Part shown: in pieces, positions 1-64,000 of the stretch
How the letters are laid out: the number at the start of each line of letters is the position of its first letter
How positions within the stretch are numbered: the stretch's first letter is position 1
Assembly (NCBI RefSeq): GCF_009914755.1
Contig: NC_060942.1
Reading direction: 5' to 3' (one strand)
From: the human T2T-CHM13v2.0 reference genome, Homo sapiens
Length of the DNA: 64,000 nt
Program-made: the position numbers and the translations under genes
Notes under the pieces: model-generated
What the model saw: only the letters and a program-made list of their open reading frames with translations
Database searches by the model: none
What the model was told of the DNA's origin: nothing

Positions 1-2720
1 TTGGATAGGAGCCTTTTGTCAGTTATGAGTGTTCCATGTGTCTTCTCCCAGTCTGTGGCTTGCCTTTTCACTTTTTTAATGGTATTTTTATTTGTTGATT
101 AGGCCATGCTTTCATTATTTCTCTAATGTGCTAACTTTGTCATAAATCAAATACCATGACATCGTGGGTATATTTCTAGAGTCTCTCTTGTGCTTCTTCG
201 GTCTGTTTATCTATCTTGTGTCAAGATGACACTTGAATATTGTAACTTTATTATAATAAGTCTTGATATCTGGAAGAGTAAATCCTCTTGTATTTTTCTT
301 TAAAAGTATCTTGGCTATTCTTGGCCCTTTATATTTCCATGTCTGCTTTACAGTCACATGGTCAGCTTCTACACACCAACCACTAACCACCAACAACCCT
401 GTTGGACTTTTTTGGGGATTAAATTTAATTTATGGAGCAGTAAAATTGACATCTTTATAATATTGAGTCTTCTAATCCGTGAAACTAACATATCACTTCA
501 TTTATATGTTTTAATTTCCCTTTGTATTTTATGAGTTTTGTGCAGATTTTTCACATCATCTTGTTAGATTTCTTCCTAAGTTGTTGAAACTTTTATTTTT
601 AATTTTTGTGGGTACATAGTAGTTGTATATATTTATGGGGTACATGAGATGTTTTGGTACAGGCATGCAATGTGTAATAATCACATCATGGGAAGTGGGG
701 TATCCATCCCCTCAAGCATTTATCCTCTGTGTTATGAACAATCCAATTATATACTCTTAGTTATTTGTAAATGTACAATTAAATTATTTTGACCCTGTTG
801 TGCTATCAAATGAAACATTAATATTATGTTTCTTAACTTTATTTTCTGTTTGTTTTGGCTAAACAAATACACAATTGTATTTGTTTTTTAAATATACTCA
901 CCTTATATCCAGCAAATTTACTTATTAACTCTAATTATCTATCAACTCTTTGGATTTCCTGCATACATAGTTTTGTCATCTGAGAATAAAAGTTTTATTT
1001 CTTCATTTTTAATTTTTATACCTTTGTTTCTTTGTCTTGCCTTCCTTGACTGGATGGACCTCAAAAGAGTATTGATGTCATGATGTTGGGTTTCCCTCAT
1101 TCATTGGGAACTCTTTTTGGTATTTCATCTTTCAATTTGATGCATGGTGTAAGGTTTTTGTTTTGTTTTGTTTTAAATTACTGGATCAACAACGTGGTCT
1201 TCTAATCTTTGTTCACTAGTTTTTTGTTCTGTTTTGGATTTGGTTTTCACCTTGTAAGAGGATTGAATCTTGCCGAGTGCTTCTCTAGATCTGTTAAGAA
1301 CATGAGCTTGCTCTGTTTTGTTGATGTGATGAATTTTGTCAAATGATTTTTGAATATTAAACTATTCTTTTATACTTGAAATAAACCTCACTAGGGTTGT
1401 AATGTGTTATCTTTTGATATATCATTGGATTTGGCGTGTGCTAATAGTTTGCTTAGAATTTTGCATTTTTGTGAGTGAGATGAATGCTCTTTCTTATAAT
1501 GTTCTTGTCTGGTTTTGGTATCAAGGTTTTACTGGTCTCATTTTTTCTGTTTTCAGGAAGAGTTTTTGTAAGATTGGTGCTTTTTTAAAGATTTTGGTAG
1601 AATACATTGGTGAAATCACCTGAGTCTGGTATATTCTTTATCTAATGCCTTTACTTGCAGATTCAATTTCTTTAATAGTTGTAGTACTATTCTGATGTTT
1701 TAATTTTTTATGTCAGTTTTAGTACATTGTAATTTAGATTGTAATCTTCCTCTACACTTGAAAATTTATTTTACTATCATGCTGACCATAATATCCTCTT
1801 GTGATTAATATCTTAGGTTGTTAAGCTATGTCTCTTTTGTTCATTCTATAATTGACTGTTTTCCCTCTCTTTTTCTTAATCTCACCAGATACTTTCAATT
1901 TTGTTAATTTGACAATTTTATTTATTCTCAATTCTGTTTGTCTTTCTATTTCCTATTTTCTGGTCTTCATTTCTTTCCTTCTACTTTCTATGGATTTAAT
2001 GTGTTGTTTTTCTAACTTTTTGAGATGGATGCTTAGTGTGCTTATTTTTCTGCCTTCCTGCTTTTTCAGCGGTGTAAGTGCATGGGATACGTGTAGGAGA
2101 TTTTCTGGTTTTTGAAATAATTGATTTAGGCCAAATGTACTGTAGTCAGAGAATTTTTAGTTTTAGGCCTTTGAAATTTGTTTAAATATGATACATAGCT
2201 CAGCATTTGTTCAATTTTTGAAAATATTTTCTGTACGCTTGTAGGGAATGTCTGTTATGTGACTTAATGTCTGCTTCACTTAGGTGAGATTTAAATCGGA
2301 ATGCTCAAGCTGCCTGCATTCTTAAAATTATTGTGCTGTTTTAAAATCTCCCACCATGATTGTGGGTTTGTTAATCATTATAGGTATATCAACATTTGCT
2401 TTAAACATTTGAAGCTATATTTTTAGGTGCATACAAATTGTGCATAAAATTTGTTGCATTAAATTCTTCATAAAATTGTTTTGGTGCATAAAAATTGTTC
2501 TTGCTAACAAATCAAATCCTTTATTGAGCATGTCTCTCCTCAGTGTGTAGTAATGCTTTTTTCCTAAATCTAGTCTGAGATTAACAATGTCAATACCAGC
2601 TTTCTTTGGTTAGTGTTAGCATGTTATATTTTTTGCCATTATTTTACTTTTAATCTTTCTGTATCTTTATATTTCAGATGTTATAGGGACATACTGTTGG
2701 ATTTTGCTTTTCAACCAGTC
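1..2720 (-). mobile_element. Degraded old L1 (L1M-type) ORF2 relic; includes a younger L1MA-like 3'-end fragment at about 590-810
   Basis: ORF 211..396(-) KGPRIAKILLKKNTRGFTLPDIKTYY resembles L1 ORF2 KRPRIAKAIL...[11 protein letters not shown]. 590-810 closely resembles the L1 3' end at about 19320-19520. Boundaries approximate. Confidence 0.7.
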
Positions 2721-2728
2721 TGACAGTC

Positions 2729-3117
2729 TGTATTAGCCTGTTTCTTGCATTGCTATCAAGAAATACCTGAGACTGGGTAATTTATAAAGAAAAGAGGTTT
2801 AACGGGCCCATAGTTCTGCAGGCTGTATAGGAAGTGTGGTGTGGGCATCTGCTTGGCTTCTGGGGGGGCCTCAGGAAGCTTGCAATCATGGCAGAAGGCG
2901 AAGCGGGAGCAGGCATGTCACATGGCCAAAGCAGGGATGGGGAAGGTGCCACACACTTCAAACAACCAGGTCTTAGGAGAGCTCACTCACTACCGCAAGA
3001 TAACACCAAGCCATGAGGGGTTCACCGCTATGACCCAAACACCTCCCACCTGGCCTCACCTCCAACACTGGGGATTACATCTCAACATAAGATTTGGAGG
3101 GGCATCCAACTATATCA
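2729..3117. mobile_element. MaLR solo LTR, MST-like
   Basis: TGTATTAG...TATATCA termini; typical ctgggtaatttataaagaaaagaggttt motif; 5-bp TSD CAGTC at 2724-2728 and 3118-3122. Confidence 0.88.
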
Positions 3118-4828
3118 CAGTCTTTCTACTTACACTTAATGGAATTTCCAGCATGGGGGTTTGAATCTGCCCACTTTATTTGCTTTTTATTTGTTTCACC
3201 TAGACTTTGTTCTTTTTCTTTTGGCATTCTTAGAGATCGTTTAAGAGTTTTATATGATTCCAATTTTCTCCTCTGTTGATTTGGTAATTATATATATTTA
3301 TATTATTTTAATGATTACCCAAATAATTATAACCTGTCTCTTGGCTTACTGATGTTTAGTAAAAATTCTTTGTTTTCTTTTAAATGTCTTATTTGGCATT
3401 CCAAGGATCACAAAATACTCAATTTACTCCATACTTAAAAAGCTTTTCTTGTTTTATGTTTTATTTCTATATTTAACCCAATAAGACATGATGATGATTT
3501 ATAAATAACCAGTATTTCTGATCTTTCATCTGAGATTAGTTTTCTTCTTAAAGAATATCCTTACTTTTTTTTTTTTTTTTTGTAAGGGACTGCTGATAAT
3601 GAATTTTGTTTGTTGTCTCTCTACAATGTCTTTATCTCCCTGTTACTCTTGATATGTATTTTTGCTTGCTATAGAATTGTTAGCAGCAACTTTTAGCACT
3701 TTGAATGTATTTTTTCATGTCATTTCATTTTAAAAGTTGGCTGTCAGTCTTTTGTTATTTTTCTCTTTGGTTTTTATCCATCTTACTGTGATGTGGTTGG
3801 GTAGCTTTTGTTTTACCCTACAGTTTAGAGGAAAAATCGTTGAAATAATTTGAGGCTAAGGGAGATGATATCTTCCAGACTGGATTTATGTCTGCTTCTG
3901 ACAGGGAGCAAGGAACACTGGCAATTGCAGATCACTTTCATTCGTTTATTGGAATTGAGCTGATTGGAGCTGAGCCTCATCCTTATGAGAACCAGTTGGA
4001 TGCTGGTTTACCTTTACTGCTGGGGTGTATCCCTTTGTGGTCTCATCCCAAAGCATGGATGTTTTACTGTGGTATCTTTCTCTCCCTCAAACATACACAC
4101 ACACACACACACCTCCTAACCCCCCAATGCCAGTCATTCATTGGCAGATTCAGTTTTTATACCTGCACTCCCACAAGAACAACTTTGCTTAGCCTTTTCT
4201 TGAAGCAGCAGATATGCTTAGGGAACAGCATCCCCAGTGTTGGGCTTACCTCTCTGGGTTACTTTCTTCTCTTAGATTTTGGCCCCATAAATTTACACTG
4301 CTTTTTAAGCTTGCTGGTGCTTTCAAAGATAAGTTTTTGAGTATGCTATTCAGTTCTAATTGTTCTTAGCGAGAGGTTGGTTTGCTTTACCTAGTCTGCT
4401 GTTACTGGAGGCAGAAGTCTTAACATGTATTTTTTGTTGTTGTTGTTGTTAAATAGTTTATGTTTCTTAACTGTTGGGCCTATTTCAGTTTTTTACTCAT
4501 GGTTCCTATTTATGTCTTTCTTATAAGTAATTCTAACAGTTGAATGAAATTACCAAGAATTATACTTGCAATCACAATGACTCAGTGGCTTTTCAATCTC
4601 AATATCTTAAGTTTTTGGTTTTAAATTATTATCTGATTCAATTTTACCATGTCTTTCATTCCTGATGATTTTTAAAAAACAAATGATAATCAATTTTGTA
4701 AATAACCTGGTACTATATAATTAAAGTTGATAGCAGCTGTCTTTTTCATTAGGATATTTAACTGGTATGCCCTTAATTTTTTTGTTGCCATTAGATCCTA
4801 CATCATGCTTATAAAGATCAAACTAATA

Positions 4829-5538
4829 CAGTAGCCTGCTCTTTTCCACAGTTTTGCCTCCTTCAGTTTTAGTTACCCATGGTCAACTGAGGTGCAAAAA
4901 TATTCAGTGGAAAATTCCAGAAATAGTTCATAAGTTTTAAATTATATGTCTTTCTTAGTAGCGTGATGAAATCTTCCCACCAATTTGCTCCATCCTGGTA
5001 GGATGTGAGTCTTTCTTTTGTCCAGCTTCTCCACCCGTCTTCACTTGTTGCCCGTTAGTCACTTAGTAGTGTTTGGTGATCAGATCGACTCTAGGGATGT
5101 TGCAGTGCTTGTGTTAAAGTCACTCTTATTTCGTAATGGCCCCAAAGTGCAAGAGTAGTGTTGCCTGCAATTTGGATACACCAGAGAGGAGCTATCAAGT
5201 GCTTCCTTCAAGTGAAAAGAGGAAGGTTCTCGACTTAATAAGGAAAGAAAAAATAATGCTGAAGTTTCTGAGGTCTGTGGTAAGAATGATCTTTTTTATG
5301 TGTAATTACAAAGAAGGACAGAGAAATTCATGCTTTGCACTCCAAACTTCAAACGTTCCAGCCACAGTGAGTGATAAGTGCTTAGTTAAGATGGAAAAGG
5401 CACTACATTTGTGGGTGGGGAAGATAGGAACAGAAACATGCTCTGATTTATGGCAGTCGGATTTGGTACTATCTGAGGTTTCAGGTATCCACTTGGAGGT
5501 TTTGAAACGCATCTCCCAATGATAATGGGGGACTAATG
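4829..5538 (+). mobile_element. MER44/Tigger7-family DNA transposon deletion derivative
   Basis: TA|CAGTAG start and GGGGGACTAATG end (degenerate TIRs); ORF 5136..5522 MAPKCKSS...SEKRKVLDLIRKEK resembles a pogo/Tigger transposase N-terminus. Confidence 0.8.
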
Positions 5539-5592
5539 AATGTTCATGAAACTGGGGTAAATTTATCTGATGTTTAATTTTCTCACTTCTAG

Positions 5593-61814
<56,222 letters not shown>

Positions 61815-62619
61815 GTAGGTTTTGATATTTTTTTCCATAGGAACATCATGTAAATTGTCCAGGAGTGCCTCATTGGATTCCACCCATTTAGCTTGTTTCA
61901 CCTGGAGCAGTGCTACTCACAGAGCCAGTCTGCACACGAGAGAAGAGTCTGCCTCACTTACAATGCGCTGTAGCAGATAGTCTTAGTGTGAAAAAGTGGT
62001 CAGCTAAACAAAACAGCACACTTAGCAGTAAAGACCACAGACTGCCAGTGCTTACAGTCATACTGCACTGATGGAGACGAGAGTTTTGTCTATCAGCTGT
62101 AGCCAGAAAAACCTGCCATTACTCAAAAACAGCTCGGTATTTGTGGCATAGTCAACAGTATATCTTCATGGGTGACAGATCCCTCCAGCTACTATGACCC
62201 TCTTAAATGTTAATTCATTTCTATACCTGACATATTCCCTTCAAATGTCTCCTAATAACACTAATCACTCACTTGGCCTCAGCAATATACTTTTTCATTC
62301 TAATTGCCGAAACTTACTGGCTCATTTATTAGACATTCAGACTTAAAGTAAGTTATAGAATGTAGCTGTGAACTCAGAACTGACCGTAAAAGAATCTTGA
62401 AATAGCTGTAGCAGTTGTTGCAAACTGTGCACTTTACTGGGTCTGTATAACAGGCTTTCAGAGGGTTTCTCACTTTTTTTGGAAAGACACACAGTTCTAC
62501 AAGTGTAGTTTAGTTCATTCCCCAAACCACAACAGAAGCAAAGCAGAAGAACAGGGGATAAGCACATTGCTCAAATAAAGTTCAGTGTATGAGGCGGTAT
62601 TGCAAAAAGAAGCCCAACA

Positions 62620-62897
62620 AGAAAGACATCCCATGTCAATTGATCAGAAGACTTAACCTTGTTAAGTCCCTAAATTGATCTACATATTCAGCACAGTCCC
62701 AATCAAAACCCCAGCTGGGCCCAAAGCAGTCTACAGTTAATGCTGTTCCTATCAAACTGCCAACGTCATTTTTCACAAAACTGGAAACAACTATGCTAAA
62801 ATTCATATGAAGCTAAAAAACAGCCTGAATAACAAAAGCAATCCTAAGCAAAAAGAACAAATCTGGAGGCATCATGCTACCTGACTTTATACTATAG
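62620..62897 (+). mobile_element. Short L1 ORF2 fragments
   Basis: aaagcaatcctaagcaaaaagaacaaatctggaggcatcatgctacctgac is typical L1 ORF2. Confidence 0.8.
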
Positions 62898-62949
62898 AAT
62901 AATTACCTCTGCTCATATTTTTCCCACACCTCAACCAAATATATACAAC

Positions 62950-63560
62950 TATGATCCCCCATTACTACTACCACTCATCACTACCATCACCGTCTCCCAC
63001 ACAACCTTCAACTACAACACCCCACACAACTACCACCACCACTACCACTCCCACTCACAACTACCATCATCTTCTGCACAATGTTCAGTGACAGCCACAC
63101 CCCACACAGCTACCACCACCATCACCACCACTACTACCACTCACCACTGCCATCACCATTTCCCACACAACCCTCAATTACAACCACACCCCACAGAACT
63201 ACCACCACCACTACCACTACTCACCACTGCCATCACCATTTCCTACCACCACCACCACCACCACCACCACCTCCCCCATCTCCCACACAACCCTCAATAA
63301 CAACCACACCCCACACAGCTACCACCACCACCACTACCACTCACCACTGCTGTCACCATTTCCCACACAACCCTCAACTACAACCATACCCCACACAGGT
63401 ACCACCACCACCGCCACCACTCCCACTTACAACTACGGTCATCTTCTGCACAATGTTCAATTACAACCACACCCCACACAGCTACCACCACCACCACCAC
63501 CACTGACAACTACCATCATCATCTCCCACACAACCCTCAACTACAACCACACCCCACAAA
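62950..63560. repeat. CA-rich minisatellite, about 75-120-bp units with internal (CCA)n runs
   Basis: recurring cccacacaaccctcaa.tacaaccacaccccacacagctaccaccacc; almost no G on the + strand. Confidence 0.92.
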
Positions 63561-63949
63561 TTTTAGGGATCATATTGTATGATTGACTACGTTGCTTAAA
63601 TATGACAAGATGTAGTTTAAAAACAGCTTATTATAAAACATCCACTGTAGCCAAAATTATCTGGGTTTCCTTTTCTTTGGATCTTTTCTGTCTGTCACTG
63701 AGAAAAATACACCAGCAAGACACAAGAAACTGTAATACTACTCCGATTAACAGTAATATTACCTACTGTATTATTAATGCAGTGTCTGCCATGTAACAGA
63801 TGTTATGTGTGTGTGTGTGTACATATATAGATTTAATCTTCATAAAGGTACACATTCCCATTTTACAGGTAGTAAGGCTTAAACTAAGCGAGCATTTTGC
63901 CAAAGGTCATACAATCAGGTAGCAAAGTTGGATTTAAAATTAATTCCAG

Positions 63950-64000
63950 AGTTGGGTGCTGTGGCGCATGACTCTAGTCTTAGCTACTCAAGAGGCTGAG
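63950..64000 (+). mobile_element. Start of an Alu-type monomer, cut by the window edge
   Basis: ttgggtgctgtggcgcatgactctagtcttagctactcaagaggctgag. Confidence 0.7.

Noticed and set aside
3888-4340. 150-aa + strand ORF as an extra CEP192 exon
   Set aside because: Runs through a (CA)n tract, has no CEP192-like content and lies in degraded repeat-like sequence.
62950-63560. CRISPR-like array, or His/Pro/Thr-rich gene (ORFs 63081..63506 and 63088..63300)
   Set aside because: Eukaryotic intron; the inter-repeat sequences are related (CCA)n variants rather than unique spacers; the ORFs are open only because the strand lacks G/T.
61900-63800. Local inversion suggested by A/C richness on the + strand
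   Set aside because: The skew is explained by the sense L1 fragment and the minisatellite; neighbouring unique sequence is not consistently flipped.

Overview
Hominid (very probably human) genomic DNA from the interior of the centrosomal scaffold gene CEP192, + strand; neither the start nor the stop codon is in the window. I traced 25 consecutive GT-AG coding exons from 5593 to 61814. They total 4980 nt (1660 codons), every splice phase matches and there is no internal stop. They encode the disordered middle region (KHVTF and SHSSP motifs) and the C-terminal ASH/Spd-2-type Ig-like domains (including LSSLAP). The introns are dense with transposable elements: about 19 Alus, MaLR LTRs, Tigger/MER DNA-transposon relics, old L1/L2/MIR fragments and one SVA with a 16-bp TSD. 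The most unusual structures are: (i) a ~960-bp, CDS-less retrocopy of what I recognise from memory as the HIGD1A 3'UTR, joined through its poly(A) to the truncation point of an L1, possibly a template-switch chimera; (ii) an 8.7-kb L1-in-L1 nest, in which the outer element has lost ~3.9 kb so that its 5'UTR is fused to the RT region, and the inner full-length element carries an ORF0 homolog and antisense promoter pointing in the CEP192 direction; (iii) a phase-0/phase-0 nine-exon block flanked by inverted Alus (circRNA candidate with a stop-free circular frame); (iv) a CA-rich minisatellite with two unit types. I found no new gene system, RNA gene or CRISPR array. Gene, repeat-family and subfamily names come from recall of consensus sequences, not from database searches.
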